Position numbers and translations under genes: made by a program. Source: Gemmatimonadaceae bacterium (lineage in GTDB: Bacteria > Gemmatimonadota > Gemmatimonadetes > Gemmatimonadales > Gemmatimonadaceae). Taken from it: 64,000 nucleotides of DNA. Within the stretch, counting starts at the first letter, position 1. Every line of letters begins with the position of its first letter. Location: assembly GCA_051859245.1 (NCBI GenBank), contig JBHYGA010000001.1, positions 64,001 to 128,000 on the forward strand. The letters run 5' to 3'. Below are positions 47,998 to 57,147 of the stretch, piece after piece. Below the pieces are notes generated by a model. It searched no databases. It saw only the letters and a program-made list of their open reading frames with translations, and was not told the DNA's origin.

Positions 47998-49922
47998 TCC
48001 ATCGCTTCGCGCGCGGCAGTGCGCGTTTCATCGGCGCGTTAGGATTGTTCAGTCTGGCGGCTTGTGGCGCGACGGTGCCATCGCTCGTGGCGCAGTCGGC
48101 GACCACCAACGTGCCGGCTGCCGCGAGCGCGGGTGACAGTACTCTGCGATTTGCGCGTCGGGTGTCGCCCTTTCCACTCACCGACGCCGCCGGACGTGCG
48201 ATCGCCCAACCGTTCCTCGGCGGCTTCGATGTACCGCGTCCGCAGCTCGTTGATATCGACGGCGACGGCGACCTCGACCTGTTCGTGCAAGAGCGCTCGA
48301 ATGGCGTGATGCACTTTGAAAACGTGAACGGTGTGTTCACGTGGCGCACGGATCGGTTTCTCGACCTGCCGGTGGGCGAGTGGTACCGCTTTGTCGACCT
48401 TGATGCTGATGGTGTGCCTGATCTGCTGAGCGAGTCCCCTGTGAGTTACATCCGGGCATGGCGCAATGTGGGCACACGTCAGGCGCCACGATTCTCGATT
48501 GCGGTGGACTCGCTGCAAGACAGCAATGGTGAGCCGATCGCCGCAGATCGCCAGAACATTCTCAATATTGTCGACATTGACTGCAACGGACGCCTCGATC
48601 TGTTTCTCGGTCGCGTGTCCGGCTCTGTTGACCGGTATGAAGCGGTGTCTGGCACGGAGCGCAATGGCGTTCCGCGCTTCACGCTGCACACCGAGCGATT
48701 CGAAGATATTGAAGTGCTTGGACCAGTGCCGGGCGGCGTGCCGCCGCTCGAGCGTGGCAGTATGCGTCACGGTGCGAACACTCTCGCTTTCGCTGACATT
48801 GATGGTGATGGCGATATTGATCTTTTCTGGGGCGACTACTTCGAAGCGGGTGTGCTGCTGATCGAGAATCGTTCGACGGGTTGCACCATTCCGAACATGC
48901 GCGGCAAGCCCGTGCCGTTCCCGGAAGCTGCGCCCGTGTTGACGAGCGGCTACAACGCGCCCGCGCTTGGTGACGTGACGGGCAACGGGTTGCCTGATCT
49001 GGTGCTTGGTGTGATTGGCGGTGCGTACTCACCTCGCACGACGTCTGTCGAAAATCTGTTGCTGGTCGCGCAAACGGCGCGCGGTACGTTCGAGGTGACC
49101 ACGCGCCGGTTAATTCCCACGGTCGATGTGGGCAGCGAGGCCATGCCCACGTTGGCGGATATAGATGGCGATGGTGATCTCGATCTGCTGGTAGGCAACA
49201 AGATTTCTCCCAGCACAGATACCACCGGCACGATCACGTGGTTTGAAAACACGGGCACACGTGCAGCGCCGGCGTTCGTGGAGCGCGGCGCGTTGTCCAT
49301 GCAGAGCGAGTTTCACTACGCGCCATCCGTAGCCGATCTTGACGCGGATGGATTGCCGGATCTTGTGCTCGGCACATGGCGCGATCGTGTGCAGTGGTGG
49401 CGAAATACTGGAACGCGTAGTGCGCCGACGTTCGCCGTTGCCGATACCGCGCTGATCACGCTTACGCGCGGCAGCAACACTACGCCAACACTCGCCGATC
49501 TCGATGGTGATGGTGATTTTGACATGATCGTGGGCGAGGCGTCCGGTCAGATCAACTTGTACACGAACACCGGTTCGCGTACGGCACCGCGATTTGAGTT
49601 GGTAAGCGACACGTATCTGGATATCGACGTGGGGCGGCGCAGTGCGCCGGTCCTGGCGGATCTGCGTGGTGATGGCAAGCCGGACCTGCTCATTGGCAGC
49701 GAAGACGGGGGTGTGCAGCGCTGGCGTAACGTGAGTGACGCGACCGGTATCCGGTTTGAACGCGCTGAACCGCTGGCGATCAACACGGGTACGTTCTCAA
49801 CGATCGCTGCCGGCGACCTTGATGGCGACGGTGATCTTGATGTGATCATTGGAACGGCGTCTGGCGGACTGCTCTATTTTGAGAACGCAGGTGGTGTGCT
49901 GCAGCCGGGGTCGCGTCCGTAG
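47994..49922 (+). CDS. FG-GAP/VCBS-repeat lipoprotein
   Basis: LAAC lipobox; many DxDGDGDxD repeats; start overlaps the previous stop (ATGA). Confidence 0.88.
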   Translation: MIHRFARGSARFIGALGLFSLAACGATVPSLVAQSATTNVPAAASAGDSTLRFARRVSPFPLTDAAGRAIAQPFLGGFDVPRPQLVDIDGDGDLDLFVQERSNGVMHFENVNGVFTWRTDRFLDLPVGEWYRFVDLDADGVPDLLSESPVSYIRAWRNVGTRQAPRFSIAVDSLQDSNGEPIAADRQNILNIVDIDCNGRLDLFLGRVSGSVDRYEAVSGTERNGVPRFTLHTERFEDIEVLGPVPGGVPPLERGSMRHGANTLAFADIDGDGDIDLFWGDYFEAGVLLIENRSTGCTIPNMRGKPVPFPEAAPVLTSGYNAPALGDVTGNGLPDLVLGVIGGAYSPRTTSVENLLLVAQTARGTFEVTTRRLIPTVDVGSEAMPTLADIDGDGDLDLLVGNKISPSTDTTGTITWFENTGTRAAPAFVERGALSMQSEFHYAPSVADLDADGLPDLVLGTWRDRVQWWRNTGTRSAPTFAVADTALITLTRGSNTTPTLADLDGDGDFDMIVGEASGQINLYTNTGSRTAPRFELVSDTYLDIDVGRRSAPVLADLRGDGKPDLLIGSEDGGVQRWRNVSDATGIRFERAEPLAINTGTFSTIAAGDLDGDGDLDVIIGTASGGLLYFENAGGVLQPGSRP

Positions 49923-50004
49923 CTGCCCATATCGCGACACGCCGCCGTGTTGGCATGGTGCGGCGAATCGGGTCGCTTAGATTCAAGGAACGCACACCAC
50001 ACGC

Positions 50005-50466
50005 ATGGAGCACTCACCGACCTCCCGCCAGCCGCACGCACCGCGTCCAGAGTTTCTGGCCCGCGCGTTGCTCGGCATTGTGGCGCTCGCGGTGATCGGA
50101 ACGCTCGCCGAGCTGTTGCTGCTCGAGCACTACGAGGGCTGGAAACAGTGGATTCCGCTCGCCATTCTGGGCAGCACCACGGTGGTCATCGTGTGGCACG
50201 CCGTTCGTCCAGGCGCGGGAAGTACGTGGGTGCTTCGCGCGGTGATGAGTGCACTCATCATTGCAGGCGCGGCGGGTGTCATTTTGCACATTCAAGGGAA
50301 TCTGGAGTTCGAGGCGGAGCTCAATCCCGGTCTCACCGGCTGGCCGTTGTGGATTGAAGTGGCACGAGGGGCCACTCCCACACTCGCGCCCGGCTCGCTC
50401 ATTCCGTTTGGCTTGCTCGGCCTGTTGTACTCATGGCGGTTTCGCTCTCTCACTTCACAGGAATAG
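50005..50466 (+). CDS. Hypothetical 4-TM membrane protein
   Basis: Four hydrophobic segments; ELLLLEHY, LHIQGN, GATPTLAPG. Confidence 0.75.
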   Translation: MEHSPTSRQPHAPRPEFLARALLGIVALAVIGTLAELLLLEHYEGWKQWIPLAILGSTTVVIVWHAVRPGAGSTWVLRAVMSALIIAGAAGVILHIQGNLEFEAELNPGLTGWPLWIEVARGATPTLAPGSLIPFGLLGLLYSWRFRSLTSQE

Positions 50467-50470
50467 AATC

Positions 50471-51109
50471 ATGTCCACGTCATTTCGTCGCGTACTGAGT
50501 GCGCTCGCGGCGGTCATGCTTGTCGCGGTGGTCCTTCCGGCGCAGTCTGGCAAGTCGCTCGGTGTGCAGGACGTCAATATGGCTGCGGAAAAAGACATCG
50601 CAGTAATGCCGGGCATGACGGCCGCGCTCGCCAAAGAGCTCGTTGGCAAGCGCCCGTTTCTGTCCATGACGGATGTTGATGCGTTTCTGGCAACCAAGCT
50701 CAGCAAGGAGCAGCGCACCGCGCTCTATCCCAAGCTGTTCTTGCAGATCAATCTGAACACGGCCTCACGTGACGAAATCATGCTGGTGCCCCAGATGGGA
50801 CCACGGTTTCTTCGCGAGTTTCTGGAGTATCGGCCGTACAAGTCGATGGCGCAGTGGCGCCGCGAAATGGGCAAGTATGTGAAGGAAGACGAAGTCGCGC
50901 GCATGGAGCAGTATGTATTTGTGCCGATCGATCTGAACGCCGCCACAGACGCCGATATCCTCACGCTGCCCGGTGTTGGTGCGCGCATGCTGCGCGAGTT
51001 CAAGGAATACCGTCCATGGAAAACGATGGAGCAGTTCCGTCGCGAGATTGGCAAATACGTGGACGCGAAGGAAGTGGCTCGCCTTGAGCGCTACGTGGAG
51101 ATTCGCTAA
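50471..51109 (+). CDS. Secreted protein with three helix-hairpin-helix (ComEA-like) repeats
   Basis: DVNMA...MPGM, INLNTAS...VPQMG, IDLNAAT...LPGVG, each followed by RP(F/Y/W). Confidence 0.8.
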   Translation: MSTSFRRVLSALAAVMLVAVVLPAQSGKSLGVQDVNMAAEKDIAVMPGMTAALAKELVGKRPFLSMTDVDAFLATKLSKEQRTALYPKLFLQINLNTASRDEIMLVPQMGPRFLREFLEYRPYKSMAQWRREMGKYVKEDEVARMEQYVFVPIDLNAATDADILTLPGVGARMLREFKEYRPWKTMEQFRREIGKYVDAKEVARLERYVEIR

Positions 51110-53157
51110 TGGGTGCACGACCGTTCGCCGGAATGCTTGGTGCACTGTCGCTGCTGATGTGCTCGACCACGCTGCAGGCACAGACATCGCCGCTGCCCGA
51201 GCGCACCATTCGCCGCGATATCCCAATTACCAACGCCATTCGCAGAGCGTTTGAAGCGGGTACGCGAGATTCCACCGGGCGACCGGGGCGCAACTACTGG
51301 AAGCTGCGCGCCGACTACACGATTCGTGTACGCCTCGATACATCAGCGTCGCGATTGCACGGCACGGAGTCAGTGGTGGTGCACAACACCAGTCCCGATA
51401 CGATGACCGTGATTGGGTTGCGTCTCGATCCCAATCATTTCATCGGAACGGTGCCGCGTGCCGCGAGTTGGGTACCGGCGGAAAACACGGATGGCATGGT
51501 GATCACCAAACTTTCAGTGAATGGTCAGGACGCCAATCTGAGCGCGCCCCCAGCCGGTGCGCAGGGTGGTTCTACGGGACCCGTGCTCACCGGTGCGAAA
51601 TCCACGGTGGCACGTGTTCGTTTGCCGGCGCCACTGCCGCCGCGTGCATCCGCGACGCTCAGTATTGAGTGGAATCACCAGCTACCGGGCGGCCCCGGCG
51701 TTGGGCACCGCATGACGCAGCGTTGGGCCGACTCGTTGTATCAGCCAACGCAGTGGTATCCGCGTGTGGCGATGTACGACGATCTGCGTGGGTGGGACGC
51801 CGAGTTGTATCTCGGTCCGTCGGAGTTCTACAACGTGTTTGGCAAGTTTGATGTACGCATTGATGCACCCGCGGGTTGGTTGGTCAGCGGTACGGGTGTG
51901 CTGCAAAATCCTGAGCAGGTGCTGACACCAACCGCGCGCGAGCGGCTGACGCGTGTGCTGTCGACCGACGCGAACACGATGATCGTAGGACCGGATGAAG
52001 TGGGACCGGGTCGCGCGACCGCGAAGGGTGACGCCAACGGTCGACTGGTGTGGCACTTTGTGGCCGATACGGTGAACGATTTTGCGTGGGCGACGGCGCG
52101 TAAGTTTGTGTGGGAATCCACGCGCGCAACGATTCCAGGCAAGGGCGCCGTTCCGATTCACATGTTCTATCTGCCGGGCCGAGCGGCGCAGTTCGCGCGA
52201 GCGGGTCAGATCACGCGGCACGCGCTGGAGTTTTATTCGGCGCTGTGGTTTCCGTACCAGTTCCCTCAACTCACGTTGCAGGATGGTCCGAGCGCGGGCA
52301 TGGAGTATCCGATGGTGATCAACTCCAATCAGGGCGCGGCCGACCACGAAGCGGCGCACCAGTGGTGGCCGATGGTTGTTGGCAACAACGAAACGTGGTA
52401 CGGCTGGATGGACGAGGGATTCAATCAGTATATGAACATTCTGTCCGATGCGGATGCGGCCGGTCGCGCCCCTGTCCTTGATGGGCTCGGAATGACGTAT
52501 GGACGTACGGCAGGTAATGAAGCCGAGCCAGTGATGATGTGGAACGCGAACTACGGTGGTCCGCAGTTTTACGGATTCACCACGTATCAGAAAACGCCGC
52601 TCATGATGTCGATGCTTGGCGGCATTGTGGGTGACAGTGCGGTGCAGCGCGCGCACAAGGAGTGGGCGCAGGCGTGGATGTACAAACATCCGTCGCCGTG
52701 GGATTGGATGTTCTTCATGAACAAGGCCCTCGGTCGTGACCTCGGCTGGTTCTGGTATGCGTGGTTGTTCAGCAACGAAAGCGTGGACGGCAGCATCAGC
52801 AACGTGAGCGGAGTGAATGGTGAGGCCAGCGTTACGGTGAAGCAGTCGGGGCAGATGCCGTCGCCGGTGGTGCTGGAGGTGAAATTTGCGGCGACCGGAG
52901 AACCCATTCGCGCCATGAGCAACGCCGTGATGAAAGACAGTGTGACGGCGGTAGTGACGTATCCGGTGGATGTGTGGTTTGCGGGCAGTCGCACGTTTAC
53001 GGCGGCGTTGTCATTCGGGACGCGTGCGATTGAGTCGGTGACGTTGGATCCGGGGTGTCGTTTTCCGGATCGGATGCCCGCCGATAATGTGTGGGTGCGT
53101 GGGCAGGGAACGGCGGGTGCCAGTGCGGCGCCGTGTGCGGGGCCGGCCCGGCGGTAG
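51109..53157 (+). CDS. Secreted M1 family metallopeptidase
   Basis: PGRNYW, QWYPR, GMEYP, HEAAHQWW, WMDEG, YQK, KHPSPWD. Confidence 0.9.
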   Translation: MGARPFAGMLGALSLLMCSTTLQAQTSPLPERTIRRDIPITNAIRRAFEAGTRDSTGRPGRNYWKLRADYTIRVRLDTSASRLHGTESVVVHNTSPDTMTVIGLRLDPNHFIGTVPRAASWVPAENTDGMVITKLSVNGQDANLSAPPAGAQGGSTGPVLTGAKSTVARVRLPAPLPPRASATLSIEWNHQLPGGPGVGHRMTQRWADSLYQPTQWYPRVAMYDDLRGWDAELYLGPSEFYNVFGKFDVRIDAPAGWLVSGTGVLQNPEQVLTPTARERLTRVLSTDANTMIVGPDEVGPGRATAKGDANGRLVWHFVADTVNDFAWATARKFVWESTRATIPGKGAVPIHMFYLPGRAAQFARAGQITRHALEFYSALWFPYQFPQLTLQDGPSAGMEYPMVINSNQGAADHEAAHQWWPMVVGNNETWYGWMDEGFNQYMNILSDADAAGRAPVLDGLGMTYGRTAGNEAEPVMMWNANYGGPQFYGFTTYQKTPLMMSMLGGIVGDSAVQRAHKEWAQAWMYKHPSPWDWMFFMNKALGRDLGWFWYAWLFSNESVDGSISNVSGVNGEASVTVKQSGQMPSPVVLEVKFAATGEPIRAMSNAVMKDSVTAVVTYPVDVWFAGSRTFTAALSFGTRAIESVTLDPGCRFPDRMPADNVWVRGQGTAGASAAPCAGPARR

Positions 53158-53205
53158 GGCGGTGGTGCGTGGTGCGTGCGTTAGTGTGCGTGCAGAGTGG
53201 GTAGC

Positions 53206-53555
53206 AACTGCAACAGCAAATGCATTCACCACGGAGACACGGAGGCACGGAGAGTGTGGTGCGGAAAGCGAGTGCTGATGTGCTTACCACGAATTGTTGA
53301 TAGGGCGCATTACTGATTCGAAGAATGAAGCAGCATGCAGTCTCTGCGTCTCTGCGCCTCTGTGTTTCAAGCAGTTGCAGTGAGCCGGCGTTCTGAGCGA
53401 GTGCGAGGTCGATACTGAATGAACGCAGAGACGCAGAGGCGCGGAGACTGCACGTTGGAGGCGGGCCGTGGGCGCTTTACGTATTCTTTTTGAGAACAAC
53501 GCACTCGCTGTAGCGACGTCCTCTCCGTGTCTCCGCGGTAAACGCTGTTGCAGTT
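53206..53555. repeat. ~350-bp nested palindromic element built from ~8-9-bp CACGGAG/CGCAGAG tandem units (REP-like)
   Basis: 12-bp terminal inverted repeat aactgcaacagc/gctgttgcagtt; arms at 53225-53253, 53336-53369, 53420-53452 and 53521-53542 are mutually complementary. Confidence 0.85.
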
Positions 53556-53608
53556 ACAGGTAACGACGATGCCCGGCGTCAGCGCCGACACCATACGCCA
53601 CACCCACT

Positions 53609-54676
53609 ATGATCAAAGCCCTGCGCGTCCCCGAGCGGTTGTTCGCCATTGCGATGTGGGGTGTCTCGCTTGTCTTCGCGAGTTTCCTGATCGGACTCGG
53701 TGGCAAGATTGTTGGTGATTTGCCTGGCGTTGATCAGAGCATTCAGCTCGAACAGTTCATTGATGCCAACGCGCTGCGGACTGTCAATGCGCGGCAGGAC
53801 ACCCTGCGTATTGAGGAACGCGCGCGTTCCGGTGAGCGCGAGCGCGCCGAACTGACACTGCGCGCATCGCAGAATGCGTACAGCGCGGCGCGCGACGGCT
53901 TCTCAAACTGGATTGCAACGCGCACCGCGACCACCGATCCCAACCAGGACCCGGAAGTCATTCAGCGTACACGTGAGCTTGATGTACTCGGCGTTGGCGC
54001 TCGGGACGCCGAAACGGCGGTCGAGCGCATTGACGCGGAGTTGCTGCGCATCCGGCAAGCGCAGTCTGACGCGATCCTTGCTGAAGAGTCGCTGCGCGAT
54101 GCGGCCCGATCAACGTACGAGCGCGCGCTCTTCTGGCACGAACTCAAGATCTTTGGTGTCCGCCTCGCGCTCACACTGCCACTGTTGGTGCTCGCGGGCT
54201 GGATAATCGCCCGCAAGCGCAAGAGCGAATACTGGCCGCTGTACCGCGGTTTCGTGCTCTTCGCCGTGTTTGCATTTTTTGTGGAGCTCGTGCCGTACTT
54301 GCCAAGTTACGGCGGCTACATTCGCTACGGTGTGGGCATCCTGGCGTCCGCGATCGTGGGTCACTACGCGATTCGCGCCATGCGCCGCTATCTCGCGCGC
54401 CGGCAGGAAGAAGCGCAGCGCACAGAGGCTGAGCGACGACACGCGCTGGGTTACGAAGAGGCGCTCAAGCGCATGGGTGCAGGCGTGTGCCCCGGATGCG
54501 AACGTGCGATCGCCGGTGGCGTGAACTCGGCCTCGAACTTCTGCGTGCACTGCGGCATGACACTTTATGATCAGTGTGGCGCGTGCGAGACGCGAAAGAA
54601 CGCATTCTTTCAGTTCTGTCCGAGTTGTGGAGTTCCCGCCACCGACGACCCTTCGCCCGTGCTGACTACCACCTGA
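53609..54676 (+). CDS. Membrane protein with a coiled coil and C-terminal double zinc ribbon
   Basis: N-terminal TM, coiled coil, 3 TM (ELVPYLPSYGGY), CPGC/CVHC/CGAC/CPSC. Confidence 0.8.
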   Translation: MIKALRVPERLFAIAMWGVSLVFASFLIGLGGKIVGDLPGVDQSIQLEQFIDANALRTVNARQDTLRIEERARSGERERAELTLRASQNAYSAARDGFSNWIATRTATTDPNQDPEVIQRTRELDVLGVGARDAETAVERIDAELLRIRQAQSDAILAEESLRDAARSTYERALFWHELKIFGVRLALTLPLLVLAGWIIARKRKSEYWPLYRGFVLFAVFAFFVELVPYLPSYGGYIRYGVGILASAIVGHYAIRAMRRYLARRQEEAQRTEAERRHALGYEEALKRMGAGVCPGCERAIAGGVNSASNFCVHCGMTLYDQCGACETRKNAFFQFCPSCGVPATDDPSPVLTTT

Positions 54677-55523
54677 TGTCGATGTCGTAGCGGGCCGCGC
54701 CACCACGAGGATCGCGCACACGCACAATGCCGGTGTACTCGTTCCACGGCGCGGGCTGCTGGGCCACAGACACATTGCCTCGCCCATCGGCGTACACGAC
54801 ACGCAGCAGTCCGGATTCACGCGGCAGGCCGGCACCACTGAACGTTGAACGGGCATCGCGTGTGCGCACACCGCTGCGCTCAACAATGTTGACGCTGCGC
54901 CCGCGGATGCGGAGTTCGACATCGTCGTCTACCAGTCCACTCCAACGCACGCCGCCGCTGTTGCGACCGTCGCGATCGTTGCGATCCCAGGGGCCGTCGC
55001 GATCATCGTCGCGATCACCACGTCCCCAGTCGTCATCCCGGTCGCGTGGATCGTAGCCACCGCGACGGACTTCCGGCTCCCATACTGCCGACAAGCGATA
55101 CCGGTCATCGCCGCCGCGGGGATCGCGCACGCGAACGATCGTGGTAAAGTTGTTGCGCGACGTGGGCTGCTGAATCACGTCAACATCACCGCGACCATCA
55201 ATCAGACGCACCCGCACCACACCATCGGTTCGCGGCAGCGCGCCGCTCGCACGGGGACGCTCTGTACGGCTGGCCAGAATGCCGCGCTCGCCACGTACGG
55301 TCAGTTCGCGGCCCTGCATCACCAGTAACACTTCGCGATCAACCGTACCCGACCAGGTAAACAACGGGCGCGCATTATCGCGTCCATTATTGCCGCGCGA
55401 TGCATTGCCGCGATTGTCGTTGTCTCGACCGTTACCGCGGCCGGGCTGCGCGTTCGCGTGATCTGCAGCGACAGCGAGGAACACGAGGGACATGCTTACA
55501 GCGGTCGCACGAAACAGAGACAT
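54666..55523 (-). CDS. Secreted hypothetical protein with an internally duplicated beta domain
   Basis: Signal peptide; two copies of WSG.VD...LPR...DGRG.V.V.QQP...N.(F/Y)T.IVRVRDPRGG...Y; Arg/Asp-rich linker; GGAG Shine-Dalgarno. Confidence 0.8.
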   Translation of the reverse strand: MSLFRATAVSMSLVFLAVAADHANAQPGRGNGRDNDNRGNASRGNNGRDNARPLFTWSGTVDREVLLVMQGRELTVRGERGILASRTERPRASGALPRTDGVVRVRLIDGRGDVDVIQQPTSRNNFTTIVRVRDPRGGDDRYRLSAVWEPEVRRGGYDPRDRDDDWGRGDRDDDRDGPWDRNDRDGRNSGGVRWSGLVDDDVELRIRGRSVNIVERSGVRTRDARSTFSGAGLPRESGLLRVVYADGRGNVSVAQQPAPWNEYTGIVRVRDPRGGAARYDIDIRW

Positions 55524-55634
55524 GATGCTCTCCTGCTACTGACGCAGTGTCGCGCCGGGTCAGCGTTGCGTCATCCTGCTGACCGGTGAACGCTCGCCAA
55601 GTGCGTTATTGCCTTGGCGTCACTGGTGCAGGTG

Positions 55635-55650
55635 TGCAGAGAGAGTGCCA
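55635..55650 (-). promoter_or_regulatory. Putative sigma54 (-24/-12) promoter
   Basis: Minus strand TGGCACTCTCTCTGCA, about 110 bp upstream of ATG 55523. Confidence 0.65.
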
Positions 55651-55831
55651 GACGATGCGCGATTCGACATGAGGCGGCCTAAACGCCATTGGCCACGCGA
55701 CTTGCGCAGTTCGTGCGCGGTCAGCGTGGCCAATGTGTTGTCACCCGCAGGTGACAGCTCCCTCTGAAACGGCAGGACGAATCAGTACGCGAAACGTGTA
55801 AGAGCGTGCACCAATCAGCGCGTCTGCTTGC

Positions 55832-57013
55832 TCAACGGCTGGTGGGCCACACCACTCCCTGATCCCGCTTGGTGACCGGCCGCACACCTTTGTACACGAA
55901 ACGCTGCAGGCGTTTGCCTTCGTAGGTTTCGGTGGTAAAGATGTTGCCCTTGGAATCGGTGGCGATGCTGTGTACCGCAAAGAACTGTCCGGGCTGACGT
56001 CCGCCGTCGCCAAACGTGGTGAGCACTTCGAGTGACTGCCGGTCCATGACATGCACGCGCATGTTCTTGCCGTCGGCGAGATACATATACTTCTGCTCCG
56101 GGTCGCGCGAGAACGCGATGTCCCACGTGGAGCCGTCGCCGAGTGTGCGCGGCATGACTTGCACTTCCTTGACAAACGTACCGTTCTTGCGGAATACCTG
56201 AATACGATTGTTCGGTCGATCGCACACGTACACCAATCCGTCGCTGCTCGGCTCGGCGCAGTGCACCGGATTGCGGAACTGCTGAACGAGTGGCGCGTCG
56301 GGGTTGTATGGACCAAGGTTGCTGTCGCTCGGTGCGTTTCCGTACGCGCCCCAGAAGCGCTTGATGGCGCCCGTATTCAGATCGAGCACCGCGACGCGCT
56401 TGTTGAGATAGCCGTCGCTCACGTACGCTTCGTTCGCGGCGTTGTCGATGGAGATTTTTGCAACGCGACCAAAGGCATCCATCGACTTGCTGTCGGCCGC
56501 GCGACCCGGCACGCCATACTGCGCAATGAACTTGCCGTCGCGTGTGAACTTGAGAATGTGCGAATCGTTGGTGCCGTTGCCACCAATCCAGACGTGATCG
56601 TTCTTGTCGATCGAAATACCGTGATTGGACTGCGGCCACGTGTAGCCCTGACCTTCGCCGCCCCACGAATTCACGAGATTGCCTTCCGGATCGAACTCGA
56701 GCACCGGCGGAGCGGCCGCGCAGCAGGCGCCGGTTGGCGGGTCAGAGAGCAACCCCGCTTCGGTGCGCGCGTTCAGTGTGGCCGCGCCGCGATGCACAAT
56801 GAACACGTGATCGCGCGAGTCGACACCGACACCAATCACCATGCCAAGCAGCCAATGGTTCGGGAGCGGCTTGGGCCACAGCGGGTCGACCTCGAAGGCT
56901 GGCGCCTGCTGTTGATCGGCCACCGCTTCGCTCACGCGGGACTGGGCAATAGCGAGGGCAACGATGACCGTGCAGAGCAAACCAGCGAGCAGTGGCTTGG
57001 ACGGGGTGCGCAT
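55832..57013 (-). CDS. Secreted NHL-repeat beta-propeller (peptidyl-alpha-hydroxyglycine alpha-amidating lyase-like)
   Basis: FEVDPLWPKPLP, HGISID, YVSDGYLNKRV, PVHC, YVCDRPNNRIQVF, VHSIATDSKGN. Confidence 0.85.
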   Translation of the reverse strand: MRTPSKPLLAGLLCTVIVALAIAQSRVSEAVADQQQAPAFEVDPLWPKPLPNHWLLGMVIGVGVDSRDHVFIVHRGAATLNARTEAGLLSDPPTGACCAAAPPVLEFDPEGNLVNSWGGEGQGYTWPQSNHGISIDKNDHVWIGGNGTNDSHILKFTRDGKFIAQYGVPGRAADSKSMDAFGRVAKISIDNAANEAYVSDGYLNKRVAVLDLNTGAIKRFWGAYGNAPSDSNLGPYNPDAPLVQQFRNPVHCAEPSSDGLVYVCDRPNNRIQVFRKNGTFVKEVQVMPRTLGDGSTWDIAFSRDPEQKYMYLADGKNMRVHVMDRQSLEVLTTFGDGGRQPGQFFAVHSIATDSKGNIFTTETYEGKRLQRFVYKGVRPVTKRDQGVVWPTSR

Positions 57014-57147
57014 GGACGAGAAAGCTCCCGGGAGTGGCAGCCGATGCTGTGCGAATCGGCGGGGCGTGATAAGTTCGGCGGGTACGGTGGGACGCCACGG
57101 CTCGCGGATGTGTCCGGTCGCCAGAGCGTACGCTAACTAACGCACCA

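Noticed and set aside
53206..53555. Possible CRISPR array or tRNA
   Set aside because: The repeats are inverted and irregular with no constant repeat-spacer period; no cas genes and no cloverleaf or T-loop motif
53609..54676. Calling the zinc-ribbon membrane protein a protease
   Set aside because: No catalytic protease motif is visible
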